Of a DNA stretch of 64,000 nucleotides, positions 1-8,576 are shown piece after piece. The stretch spans positions 6,533 to 70,532 of the forward strand of contig JAFDHF010000007.1 in NCBI GenBank assembly GCA_019308905.1, read 5' to 3'. Source of the stretch: Deltaproteobacteria bacterium. Lineage in GTDB: Bacteria > Desulfobacterota > BSN033 > WVXP01. The stretch's first letter is position 1, and the number at the start of each line of letters is the position of its first letter. The position numbers were made by a program, and so were the translations under genes. The notes beneath the pieces are model-generated. The model was not told where the DNA came from. It saw only the letters and a list, made by a program, of their open reading frames with translations, and did not search any database.

Positions 1-125
1 GCTCCTCCCCCTTGGAGTTTTCTCATATTTCGATCAGGTACTCCTGCACGCAGTCGACCCCGGTCTTCTCCACCCTGCCTTTCCGAGCCACACCCGGTCG
101 CGCTTCGCCAGGGGATAGGCCGTGG

Positions 126-1208
126 CTAGATCCTTCTGAGGCTCTCCTTGTGCCAGCTGATCCTGACTCTTTCCCCTTCCCCGCGGCCGCCCCCTGTCCT
201 GACGCTCATCTCCCTCACATTGAGGGTCTTGTCCTTGCTGATCCTGACCTTGTATCTCTTTGTCTCTCCCACGTAGATCGTCTCTTCGATAACGCCGCTG
301 AGGGAGAAACCGTTGAAATCCTCACCGACAAAGAAGATCTTTTCCGGCCTGATGCAGAAGGTCACCTCTTTTCCCGGTACCGCCTCGCCGGTCCAGGGGA
401 TTCGATGTTTTGATCCGTCGCTGATCTGGAGGGTCACCTTTCCGCCTTGGCTCTCAATGACCTTGCCCTTGAGAAAGTTGGACTCTCCTATGAAACTGGC
501 GACGAACTGGTTTGCGGGCTTCTCATAGAGTTCGTCCGGCGTGCCGATCTGTTCTATCCTGCCCCGATCCATCACTGCGATCCTGTTCGACATGACCAGT
601 GCCTCCTCCTGGTCATGGGTGACATAGATCATGGTTCTTTTCAGCCGCGTGTGGATGTGCTTCAGCTCGAGCTGCATATGTTCCCTGAGCTTCTTGTCCA
701 GAGCGCCCAGGGGTTCGTCGAGAAGGAGCAGCGGAGGATCGAACACCAGGGCCCGTGCCAGGGCTATGCGCTGCTGCTGGCCGCCGCTCAGCTGTTTGGG
801 AAAGCGTTTCTCATATCCCTGCAGGCGGACCAGATCGAGGGCAGCTGCGACCCTGTCACGGATCTCATCCTTCTGAAACCTCCGCATCTTCAAGGGAAAT
901 GCGATGTTGTCGTAGATCGTCATGTGGGGGAAGAGGGCGTAGTTCTGGAAGACCATGCCGATATTCCGCTTTTCCGGGGGAAGGACGCTGATAGGCCTGT
1001 CCTGGAGGACCACTTCCCCCCTGGTTGGGAACTCAAAGCCGGCGATCATCAGAAGGATGGTGGTCTTGCCAGACCCGCTCGGGCCGAGGAGGGTGAGGAA
1101 CTCACCGTCACCGATATCGAGGGATACGTCGTCGACAGCCAGAACCTCGCCGAACCGCTTGCTCAGGTTCCTTAGCCGGAGAATAGGTTTCGTCTTGGAT
1201 GGGTTCAT
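126..1208 (-). CDS. ABC transporter ATP-binding protein, PotA/spermidine-putrescine type with C-terminal TOBE-like domain
   Basis: Walker [10 protein letters not shown], signature [15 protein letters not shown] and Walker B LLLLDEP. ATG at 1208 preceded by AGGAG. Starts 5 nt after the upstream permease stop. Confidence 0.93.
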   Translation of the reverse strand: MNPSKTKPILRLRNLSKRFGEVLAVDDVSLDIGDGEFLTLLGPSGSGKTTILLMIAGFEFPTRGEVVLQDRPISVLPPEKRNIGMVFQNYALFPHMTIYDNIAFPLKMRRFQKDEIRDRVAAALDLVRLQGYEKRFPKQLSGGQQQRIALARALVFDPPLLLLDEPLGALDKKLREHMQLELKHIHTRLKRTMIYVTHDQEEALVMSNRIAVMDRGRIEQIGTPDELYEKPANQFVASFIGESNFLKGKVIESQGGKVTLQISDGSKHRIPWTGEAVPGKEVTFCIRPEKIFFVGEDFNGFSLSGVIEETIYVGETKRYKVRISKDKTLNVREMSVRTGGGRGEGERVRISWHKESLRRI

Positions 1209-1212
1209 GAGC

Positions 1213-2025
1213 CTACTCCTGAAGCTCGACTGCTTTTTTCTCTTTGCCCATGAATGAGAGGGCGATGATGGTACCGACTGCGGCCACTATGAAAACCGTA
1301 GAGGCTGCAGCCACCACGGGGTTGATCCGGAACTGAATCTCTGAAAACATCCGCAGAGGAAGAGTCATCTTTGTCGTACCGATAAGAAACATGGCGAGGA
1401 GCAACTCGTCAAGGGACTCGATGAAGCAGAAGACACCCGAGGCGATGATGCCGGGTTTTATCAGGGGCAGGGTGATGTACATGAAGGTTCTGAAAGCATC
1501 GGCCCCGAGGTTCCTGGATGCCATTTCCAGCGAGATATCGAAGCGGTAGAGATTGGCGGTAACCACCAGGATCACGTAGGGGACACATATGATCGTGTGG
1601 GCTATAACCATTCCAACAAGCGTCCCTATGAGATGAAGCCTTGCAAAGATCCCGTATACTGCAAAGGCCGTGACGATGACGGGAATCATCAGAGGGGAGA
1701 TAAAAAAGAGGTGGAGCAGCCTCTTGCCGGGCAGGATGCCCCTTACCAGGGCCAGGGAGGCAAGGGTTCCTATGACAAGGGAGACCGCGGTCGCGATAAA
1801 CGCGAGTTTCAAGCTGAAAAGCGTCGCCGCGGTCCAGCGATGGTCGGTGAAGAATTTCTGGTGCCAGTAGAGGGTGAAACCCTTTGGTGGAAAGACCAGA
1901 TACTTGGTCGTGCTGAAGGACATGGGCACCGCGAGGATGGTGGGAATAACCAGGAAGACGAAGACAGCCGCCACAAAGCACCCCAGAATGATTCTCCCGT
2001 AGTCTGTTTCCGGCCGATTTTTCAT
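1213..2025 (-). CDS. ABC transporter permease (PotC-like)
   Basis: Multi-TM protein of the binding-protein-dependent permease type. The ORF extends to 2064, but the ATG at 2025 follows GGAAGCGAGGAG (RBS) and lies after the upstream stop at 2077. Confidence 0.88.
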   Translation of the reverse strand: MKNRPETDYGRIILGCFVAAVFVFLVIPTILAVPMSFSTTKYLVFPPKGFTLYWHQKFFTDHRWTAATLFSLKLAFIATAVSLVIGTLASLALVRGILPGKRLLHLFFISPLMIPVIVTAFAVYGIFARLHLIGTLVGMVIAHTIICVPYVILVVTANLYRFDISLEMASRNLGADAFRTFMYITLPLIKPGIIASGVFCFIESLDELLLAMFLIGTTKMTLPLRMFSEIQFRINPVVAAASTVFIVAAVGTIIALSFMGKEKKAVELQE

Positions 2026-2076
2026 CTCCTCGCTTCCCCCCGGATTTCCCAGGCCTGTTTGCACCTGGGGTCTCGA

Positions 2077-2952
2077 CTAGTCCCTGTAGATCTTGTCCAG
2101 GCCGACGATCTTGTCGAAAATCAGGATCATGAGGATTGTCGTCACAAGGAGGACCACCACGATGGCCCCGGCAAAGTCCCAATTGATCAGGCGGTTGATC
2201 TGTTGGTCGATGAGCGTAGTAATCATGAGTGTCTTGGGGCCGCCCAGCAGGGCAGGGGTGATATAGAACCCCAGGGAGAGAATGAACACGAACATCACCC
2301 CGGCCCCCACACCGGGCAGACTCAGCGGAAAGGTGACCAGGGCAAAGGCCTTTACGGCATTGGCGCCGAGGTTCCGGGCGGCCCTGAGCAGATTCCTGTC
2401 GATGTTCTTCAACACGCTGTAGACGGGCAGAATCATGAACGGCAGCAGAATGTGGACCATCCCGAGAAGAACCGCGAATTCGGTGTAGAGCAGGTTGAGG
2501 GGCCTCTCTATGAGCCCGATGGATATGAGAAACCGGTTGAGGATTCCCTTTGTCTGGAGCAGGACGATCCACGCGTAAGATCGAACCAGAATGCTGGTGA
2601 AGAAGGGGAGCAGCACGCAGATCATCATGAGATTGGCTGTCTTCTGGCTCTTCAGGCCGGCCAGAAAGTAGGCTATTGGATAGCCCAGAAGAAAGCAGAT
2701 GACGGTAACTACCACCGCGACCCTGACGGTTCTCAACAGAATGTAAGTGTAGAGGGGTTCCCTGAAGAAGTGCCTGTAATGCTCCCAGGTGATGTGGCCG
2801 TTTTTCAGGATGCTTTCGGGGAAGAGTGTGACGAGAGGGTAGAGGTAGAATACACCCAGAAGGATGAACAGCGGTCCGGTGAGAAGAATGGACTGAAAAA
2901 GGGAGTACCTCGTTATCGACTCTCTGCCTACGAATCTTGATCTTACAGACAA
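2077..2952 (-). CDS. ABC transporter permease (PotB-like)
   Basis: Multi-TM permease with no ATG in the N-terminal region. The TTG at 2952 has AGGAGG 5 nt upstream. The GTG at 2973 is the maximal start but has no RBS. Confidence 0.85.
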   Translation of the reverse strand: MSVRSRFVGRESITRYSLFQSILLTGPLFILLGVFYLYPLVTLFPESILKNGHITWEHYRHFFREPLYTYILLRTVRVAVVVTVICFLLGYPIAYFLAGLKSQKTANLMMICVLLPFFTSILVRSYAWIVLLQTKGILNRFLISIGLIERPLNLLYTEFAVLLGMVHILLPFMILPVYSVLKNIDRNLLRAARNLGANAVKAFALVTFPLSLPGVGAGVMFVFILSLGFYITPALLGGPKTLMITTLIDQQINRLINWDFAGAIVVVLLVTTILMILIFDKIVGLDKIYRD

Positions 2953-3081
2953 CGGAACCTCCTGATTCGGCACCGGTCCGCCCTGCCGGGACGGCTCATG
3001 CGAGTGCGGGAAGATTCGGCGGGGAAAGAGGGGCAGGATTCGCTGCCCTCCCTCTTCCCCGGGTGGAGCCAGCGGACCGAG

Positions 3082-4179
3082 CTACTTGGCGATCCAGGTG
3101 TTCCACCTTTCATCGATTTCATCCATGTGGGAAAGCTGCCACTTCCCGTTTTTGACGCCGTAAAGGTTGATGAGCTTGCCGAAGTTGGCAGGGTAGGTGG
3201 CCAGATCCTTCTGCATGGAGGGGTGTATGTATCGCACAGCCTTCTTGTTGGTCCCGCTGTACCCCATATAGTTCGTGAACACGGCCTGCTGCTCGGGCCG
3301 ATTGCAGAAATCGATCAACCGCATGGCAGCCTCTTTCATGGGGGAATTCTTGACCACACAGTTGTAAGCCAGGAAATACAGCGCCTGGTTCCATTCGATT
3401 GCAACGGGTGCCCCGAGGCGCTTTGCCGTTTTGGCACGACCGTCGGTCGATACGGCCATGACCACCTCTCCGTCTATCAGGGCCTGCATGAGCTGTTCAC
3501 CGCTAGTGTACCAGACCTTTATGTGGGGTTTGATCTTGTCCATGATCTTGAAGGCTCGATCGAAGTCGAGGGGGAAGAGGTCGTCGGGGCTGACCCCTTC
3601 TGACATGAGGGCGATGGAGAGGTTGTCCGATGGGCCTCCCCAGTTGTGCATGGCTCGGGGGCCAGGGAACCTCTTTACGTCGAAGAAATCCTTCCAGCTC
3701 TTGGGTCGCTTTCCTTCGGGGAAGACCTTGGTGTTGTATGCCAGTACCACACATTCGAGGTACTGGGCCACCCCCCACTTCTTGAGTGAACCGGGGACGA
3801 GGTCCTTTGTGTGGGTGACGATGCCGTAGTCGATATCTTCGAGGTAACCCTTGTCGTAGTACTTCTGGTTGTACCCTTCGTAATCAGCCGAAATCATATC
3901 CCACTCGATATTTCCGCTTCTCATCATGGCATCGAGTTTGCCTCCCACCGAAACCCCGGCTTCCACGGCGACTACCTTTATGCCGGTCTCCTCGGTAAAG
4001 GGCTCAAAGAAGGCCTTTTCCTGGGCTTCGGTGATGCTCCCCCCCCAGGTTTGGACCACGATATGGTTCCGCCCCGCATGAGCGCTCGGCACAAAGCACC
4101 CGCCGGCCAGGACCAGGAGAAGAACCAGACAGGATACAAAAACACTACCGGGTGATACTCTTGGCCAGATCTTTTTCAT
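3082..4179 (-). CDS. Periplasmic/extracytoplasmic substrate-binding protein of the ABC importer (PotD/PotF-like family)
   Basis: N-terminal signal peptide (VFVSCLVLLLVLAGGC), about 365 aa, SBP-like composition, AAGGAGGA RBS. First gene of the SBP-permease-permease-ATPase set. Confidence 0.85.
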   Translation of the reverse strand: MKKIWPRVSPGSVFVSCLVLLLVLAGGCFVPSAHAGRNHIVVQTWGGSITEAQEKAFFEPFTEETGIKVVAVEAGVSVGGKLDAMMRSGNIEWDMISADYEGYNQKYYDKGYLEDIDYGIVTHTKDLVPGSLKKWGVAQYLECVVLAYNTKVFPEGKRPKSWKDFFDVKRFPGPRAMHNWGGPSDNLSIALMSEGVSPDDLFPLDFDRAFKIMDKIKPHIKVWYTSGEQLMQALIDGEVVMAVSTDGRAKTAKRLGAPVAIEWNQALYFLAYNCVVKNSPMKEAAMRLIDFCNRPEQQAVFTNYMGYSGTNKKAVRYIHPSMQKDLATYPANFGKLINLYGVKNGKWQLSHMDEIDERWNTWIAK

Positions 4180-4344
4180 CCCAATCCTCCTTCATCATAG
4201 GGTCTTGATTCCAAAAGGTTTCTCTGGGCTCCTCACCTCCTTTTCGCGGGATTCCGCCCCCCCCGGCTCCGTCCGATTCTTTCTGCTTCAATCTCGGTTT
4301 TTCAGCAGCTTCACCGATTTCTCGCCGCGGGCCGGGTAATGAGC

Positions 4345-5802
4345 CTAAGCCATCCTTTGGGCCTCGCGGTCGGCGGCCGCCAGTATGCGATCGAGCTCTG
4401 CAAGAACCTCCCTGGGCAGAGGCTCGGGGTGGTGGTTCTCATCGATTCGCTTGAATTCCTCGAGGGCCAGGGTTCTCGGATCGAGTAGCCTGCCCTGTCC
4501 GTCCTTCCTTCCCAGCAAGCGAGAGAGGCGAAAATCCCGTACGTGGTCGCAGGTGTGGTCCTCCATCAGGAAGTGTCCCCTGGGACCCACTTTCTCGATC
4601 ACGTCGAGAGCCATGTCGTATCCCTCGAATTCGAATCCGCGGAACAGGTCGTAGGCGGCCCGGCAGACCTCGTGGTCGAGGATCACCTGCTCGGGGTAGA
4701 GAACCATGGACCCTCCGAGCAGCCCCAGGTATCCGCAGATCTCTCCACCGCACAGGGGGATGAGGGCCGCACCCATTCCCGCCTCCATGCCGGACTGCCA
4801 GCCTATGTCGAGGGCGTCGCTGCTCACCCCCCCTCCCCCCAGGCTGGGCACACCCCAGGCATGGGCGAGTTGGACGGAAATCATGTTGACAGGCAACGGC
4901 ACCTCGCTGACATAGTCTCCGGTCCTGGGGTCCATGAGCGACACGAGGACCGAGTGAAACACAGGTGCTCCGGGGTAGGCCAACTGGATCAGCACCATGG
5001 CGCTCACCACCTCTGCATCGCCCGTGACGAGGGCCCCGAGGGGAGTGGCCGGTGCTGTCGACCCCATGGTGGTCATGGCCATGAAGCTGACAGGGATGCC
5101 TGCCTCTGCATAGACCAGGGCCGACTCGATCCCATCGGCATCCTGGGCCAGAGGCGCGATGGTGCATATGTTGGCGTTGATAGGGGGACGCCGTCGCAGC
5201 TCCACGCCGCTGCCGGCCACGACGGTAGCCATCTCGACTATGTAACGTGCCAGAGGGGCGAAAACCGTCGTGCCGCCCCGCACGTGCTTGAGCGTGTTGA
5301 CCAGACCTGCGTGACACTCGTGGAGAGGTGCTGTACGCCCGTGATCCTGGGCACTGACCATGGGCCAGAAAAAGCTGATCATGGGCAGGGCGTCGCAGAC
5401 ACGGGCCATCCGGGCCACGTCGTCCTTTCTGGAAGGTCTCTGCTTTCGGGTCCACAGGTCGACCACGTGGACCCCGCACCCGTCCGTGCAGAGGTAGGAC
5501 CGGCTCCCATCGAGGACCAGGTCGAAGCGTTCGTGTCGTCCTGCCAGGACAAATGACCGGGGCGCCGTGGACATGGCCTTGGTCACAAGGCCGGGCGGGA
5601 TGCGAACGATCTGTCTATCCATATCCACCAGGGCCCCGTGGTCGGAAAAAAGCTCGAGGGCGGTCCGGGAGGGAAAGTGGACACCCACCTCTTCCAGCAG
5701 GCGGAGCGTTCCGCCACGAAGGGTTTCGACCTGGGACTGGGTGAGCAGTTCCTTTTTCAGGGCGGAGACGAAGGGAACTATCTCCGGGGTTTCCGAATCC
5801 AT
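4345..5802 (-). CDS. MttB-superfamily (trimethylamine methyltransferase family) protein, non-pyrrolysine type (copy B)
   Basis: Full-length 485 aa uninterrupted ORF with typical family N-terminus (LLTQSQVETLRGGTLRLLEEVGV...) and central GSTAPATPLGALV segment. GAGGAGG RBS before the ATG at 5802. Confidence 0.88.
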   Translation of the reverse strand: MDSETPEIVPFVSALKKELLTQSQVETLRGGTLRLLEEVGVHFPSRTALELFSDHGALVDMDRQIVRIPPGLVTKAMSTAPRSFVLAGRHERFDLVLDGSRSYLCTDGCGVHVVDLWTRKQRPSRKDDVARMARVCDALPMISFFWPMVSAQDHGRTAPLHECHAGLVNTLKHVRGGTTVFAPLARYIVEMATVVAGSGVELRRRPPINANICTIAPLAQDADGIESALVYAEAGIPVSFMAMTTMGSTAPATPLGALVTGDAEVVSAMVLIQLAYPGAPVFHSVLVSLMDPRTGDYVSEVPLPVNMISVQLAHAWGVPSLGGGGVSSDALDIGWQSGMEAGMGAALIPLCGGEICGYLGLLGGSMVLYPEQVILDHEVCRAAYDLFRGFEFEGYDMALDVIEKVGPRGHFLMEDHTCDHVRDFRLSRLLGRKDGQGRLLDPRTLALEEFKRIDENHHPEPLPREVLAELDRILAAADREAQRMA

Positions 5803-5894
5803 CTGCGCCTCCTCGGGAAGGCAAAGAGCGGTGTCGCCGGACCCGCTTCACAAGAGGCAAAGAGAACAAAGACCTTCTATTCGCAAAGTTTCCC

Positions 5895-5914
5895 CGAAAT
5901 ATTTCTATATTTCG
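5895..5914. promoter_or_regulatory. Inverted repeat CGAAATAT-N4-ATATTTCG, candidate operator just downstream of the -10 box of the MttB-B/ABC promoter
   Basis: Perfect 8-bp arms read directly. Lies in the only AT-rich patch of the 5803-6296 gap. Confidence 0.4.
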
Positions 5915-5924
5915 TAGCCTGTTC

Positions 5925-5953
5925 TTAATAATATATTTCTTTTCGAATGTCAA
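5925..5953 (-). promoter_or_regulatory. Sigma70-type promoter for MttB-B plus the ABC importer
   Basis: On the minus strand: TTGACA (5953-5948), 17-nt spacer, TATTAA (5930-5925). Confidence 0.5.
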
Positions 5954-6062
5954 GTAGATTGGCACAGACGTGAGAGGGGGGGCAGACGGGAGGATAGGGG
6001 ACGGGAGTCAAGGACGAGGGTCGAGTCTCGTTGTGAGTCATTCCGCCGATTTTTCCGGTAGA

Positions 6063-6086
6063 CCCCATGGGGTCCCCCATAGGGTC
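6063..6086. repeat. Tandem 12-mer CCCCATGGGGTC / CCCCATAGGGTC. The first copy sits inside the 14-bp palindrome GACCCCATGGGGTC (6061-6074).
   Basis: Read directly. About 110-135 nt upstream of the -35 box at 5948-5953. Confidence 0.5.
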
Positions 6087-6296
6087 AAATCTCGATTTGA
6101 GTCTTGTAACCGATTTATCTTGGACATTCGGTATGTTATGCTATTAGTAGTCCATCATGGGCAGGAAGGTCCTGCCTTGCCCATGTGGAACCCCTGTGAA
6201 CCTTTGGATTCCTGTCAGAAGAGGCTGAGCGGTTCTTTGACTGCCACCGGCCGACCCGGTGGATCGGAGAGAGGCAAGGGGCTGAACGTTCTCTTT

Positions 6297-8360
6297 CTAT
6301 TGTAGCTTTTCGATCCTCACCGGCACGGCCTTCAGAAGGGGGAAGCCCGTGACAGGATCGGTGACGCGATCATCTGTGAGAAGGTTTACATTGGCCTCGT
6401 CCCACCCGTGGGTGATCTGGAGGACACCCGGGAGGATGTCTTTTTCGCCCATAACCCTTGCCGGAATCTCAATGGAGCCCACCGTTGAGGTTACCTTTAC
6501 CCGTTGCCCTTCGGTGATTCCCATCCGGGCGGCATCGTCAGGATGGATCTCGACTTGCGGCACGGGGATGGATGCGCGAAACCGCGCAATATTACGGTAC
6601 CTCGAATGATAGTAGAGAGACTTCCTGGCTCCTGTGATAAGGATGAAGGGATAGTCGGGGTTCGAACGGCTCCGATAACGGGGGGGTCGGTATTCGGGTA
6701 GCTCAGGATGGCCCGATTCGCCTAAATACGCCGACGAGAACTCGAACTTTCCCGTGGGGGTTGGAAGAGGCCGATTTGTATACTTCCTGTATCTGAGGGG
6801 TCGATAGGTATATCCCTCTGGATGCCTTCTCAGTTCATCGAGGGATATGCCTGCCGGTTCCAGGATCCACTGGTTGACCTGCTCTTCGTTTTCCCAGGGA
6901 AAGTACCTCTCCCCGAAACCGAGCCGGCAGGCAAGATCCCGCCAGAAGGTGTACTCATCCCGGACACCGGGAATATCCAAAACCTTGGTCGTGAGGGTGA
7001 CAAGCTGGAGATGGGTATGGTAGTGAAGCTCAGATCTTTCGAGAAAGGATGCCGCAGGGAGGATGTAGTGGGCGAGCTTTGCACTCTCGGTCAGAAAGAG
7101 ATCTCTGAAAACCAGTAGATCCAACCGGGCAAATGCTCTTGCGACCTTTTGGGCATTCGGATTGGTGAGTACCGGGTTGGCTCCCGTTACGATCAGCCCC
7201 TTCAAAGGATAGCCGTCTGAGAAGAGAATCCGATCCATGGCAGTGAGGGAGTGACAGTCTTTGGTGTACCGGTAGAGAGTCGGATATTCTGCAGCACCTA
7301 TGGGCTCTTGCCCTTCCAGAGGGATCTCGTCGTAGAGTGTTAGGGTACGTCCTCCCATCGTCTCTGGCCAGGGGTCGCCCCCCTCGACATCGACCGCGCC
7401 GCAGAGTCCGCCCAGGCAGGCAACGGCTCTGACGGTGTCGAGCACATTGTCGTGGTGTTCCAGGCCGGTTCCGACATAACCGGCGACTCTCGGGCGGCTC
7501 GCAGCCAGCATTCCGCCGATCTGAAGGATTCTGGTCCGGTCGACTCCGGTCTGTCTCTCGACCCATTCGGGGGTACAGGTCCTGGCGTAACTTGCAAATC
7601 GATCAAATCCGACGGTATGGTTGTTTACGAAATGGCGATCGTAGTTTCCTGTTTCGATCAGATAGCGGGCTAGGCCCAGGGCGAGCGCGCCGTCCGTTCC
7701 TGGGAGGGGTTGAACAAAGATATCGGCCTTGCGGGCAATGGCGGTGCGGCGGGGATCGATGACCACGAGTTTTGCCCCTTTTTTCCTTCCCTCGGTGATC
7801 CTGCTCATAAAAGTGGGATGTGAGACAGGGGGATTCGATCCCCAGAGAATAATGAGGGCCGCCCTTTCGAAATCCGGGCACGGGTTCAGGTATCCCTGCA
7901 CCAGTCGGTAGGCGATGTAACGGGCGCTGAAGCAAACCGAGTCGGCGGAAAAGAAGTTCGGCGATCCAAAGGCATGGATAAAACGGCGGGCGTATTGCTC
8001 CTGCTGGAAGAAACCCACGGCCTCACCGGTCCAAACCCCCACTGATCTGGCCCCGTAATCTTCCTTGATGTCACGCATCCTGCCGGCGATCTCATCCATG
8101 GCCTGTTCGTATGAGATCTCCTCAAAGGTCCGGTCGGGTTTCCTCCTTAGAGGATTGAGGAGGCGGCGGGGATGGTAGACGAGATCTACCGCAGCACGCC
8201 CTTTGGCACAGATCAGTCCGCGGCTGGCCGGGTGGTCTTTGAACCCGCTGATTCTGTGTATCTTCCCGTGAGCGACATGGACATTGAGCCCGCAGCGCAT
8301 GTCACACTGGCGGCATAGGGTCTGAATCTCTCCGTTTGCGACAGCGGTCTTCGAGTTCAT
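6297..8360 (-). CDS. Molybdopterin (Mo/W-bis-PGD, MopB family) oxidoreductase, cytoplasmic, copy B
   Basis: N-terminal FS0 motif C16-x2-C19-x3-C23-x27-C51 and no twin-arginine leader. About 687 aa with a MopB C-terminal domain (ITHGW...PVTGFPLLKAVPVRIEK). ATG at 8360 with GAGAGG RBS; the ORF track begins at the TTG at 8366. Confidence 0.9.
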   Translation of the reverse strand: MNSKTAVANGEIQTLCRQCDMRCGLNVHVAHGKIHRISGFKDHPASRGLICAKGRAAVDLVYHPRRLLNPLRRKPDRTFEEISYEQAMDEIAGRMRDIKEDYGARSVGVWTGEAVGFFQQEQYARRFIHAFGSPNFFSADSVCFSARYIAYRLVQGYLNPCPDFERAALIILWGSNPPVSHPTFMSRITEGRKKGAKLVVIDPRRTAIARKADIFVQPLPGTDGALALGLARYLIETGNYDRHFVNNHTVGFDRFASYARTCTPEWVERQTGVDRTRILQIGGMLAASRPRVAGYVGTGLEHHDNVLDTVRAVACLGGLCGAVDVEGGDPWPETMGGRTLTLYDEIPLEGQEPIGAAEYPTLYRYTKDCHSLTAMDRILFSDGYPLKGLIVTGANPVLTNPNAQKVARAFARLDLLVFRDLFLTESAKLAHYILPAASFLERSELHYHTHLQLVTLTTKVLDIPGVRDEYTFWRDLACRLGFGERYFPWENEEQVNQWILEPAGISLDELRRHPEGYTYRPLRYRKYTNRPLPTPTGKFEFSSAYLGESGHPELPEYRPPRYRSRSNPDYPFILITGARKSLYYHSRYRNIARFRASIPVPQVEIHPDDAARMGITEGQRVKVTSTVGSIEIPARVMGEKDILPGVLQITHGWDEANVNLLTDDRVTDPVTGFPLLKAVPVRIEKLQ

Positions 8361-8576
8361 CGACAACCTCTCAATGATGGGTTTGGATCGTAGTAGCGGT
8401 TGATTCTCTTCGAAAAATTCCGCCCTGCTTTGACTCTCCGTGCTTCACGGCTCTGCAGTCACGGACTGCCGGGCGGTAGCGGGCTCGGTCGAGTTGCGTG
8501 GCCTAGGAATCTTCCTCGGCGGAGGGTACAGGGAGAAAACTCGGGCTTCCTGCAGGCCGGTTAGGCCGATTCGGTG

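Noticed and set aside
1-125. Possible start of another minus-strand gene (ATG at 26) downstream of the ABC ATPase
   Set aside because: Only 8 codons fall inside the window, and the AGGAG-to-ATG spacing of about 14 nt is too long. It cannot be supported.
1409-2940. 387-aa (minus) and 447-aa (plus) ORFs overlapping the two ABC permease genes
   Set aside because: These are off-frame or antisense to well-supported multi-TM permeases. The translations are highly charged, Arg/Gly/Asp-rich nonsense.
4345-4347. The MttB-B gene ends in TAG, raising the question of pyrrolysine read-through
   Set aside because: The TAG lies at the normal C-terminal end of a full-length (485 aa) family member, not at the internal position used by Pyl-MttB. 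Read-through would add only 18 residues. No pylTSBCD genes are visible, so I treat it as an ordinary stop.
5960-5965. TGGCAC on the plus strand, which looked like a sigma-54 -24 box
   Set aside because: There is no TTGC -12 element at the correct spacing. It is also on the wrong strand for both neighbouring genes.
6061-6086. Tandem 12-mers considered as a possible CRISPR or minisatellite
   Set aside because: There are only two contiguous copies with no spacers. I report them as a candidate protein-binding site instead.
5970-6305. 111-aa plus-strand ORF in the MopB-B/MttB-B gap
   Set aside because: It starts in a G-run and has no RBS. It is Gly/Arg-rich at the start and runs through palindromic regulatory-looking DNA. 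I treat the region as non-coding.
6650-6665. GGGGTTCGAAC stretch resembling a tRNA T-arm
   Set aside because: It lies inside the MopB-B coding frame and has no acceptor or anticodon arms around it. I found no convincing tRNA anywhere in the window.
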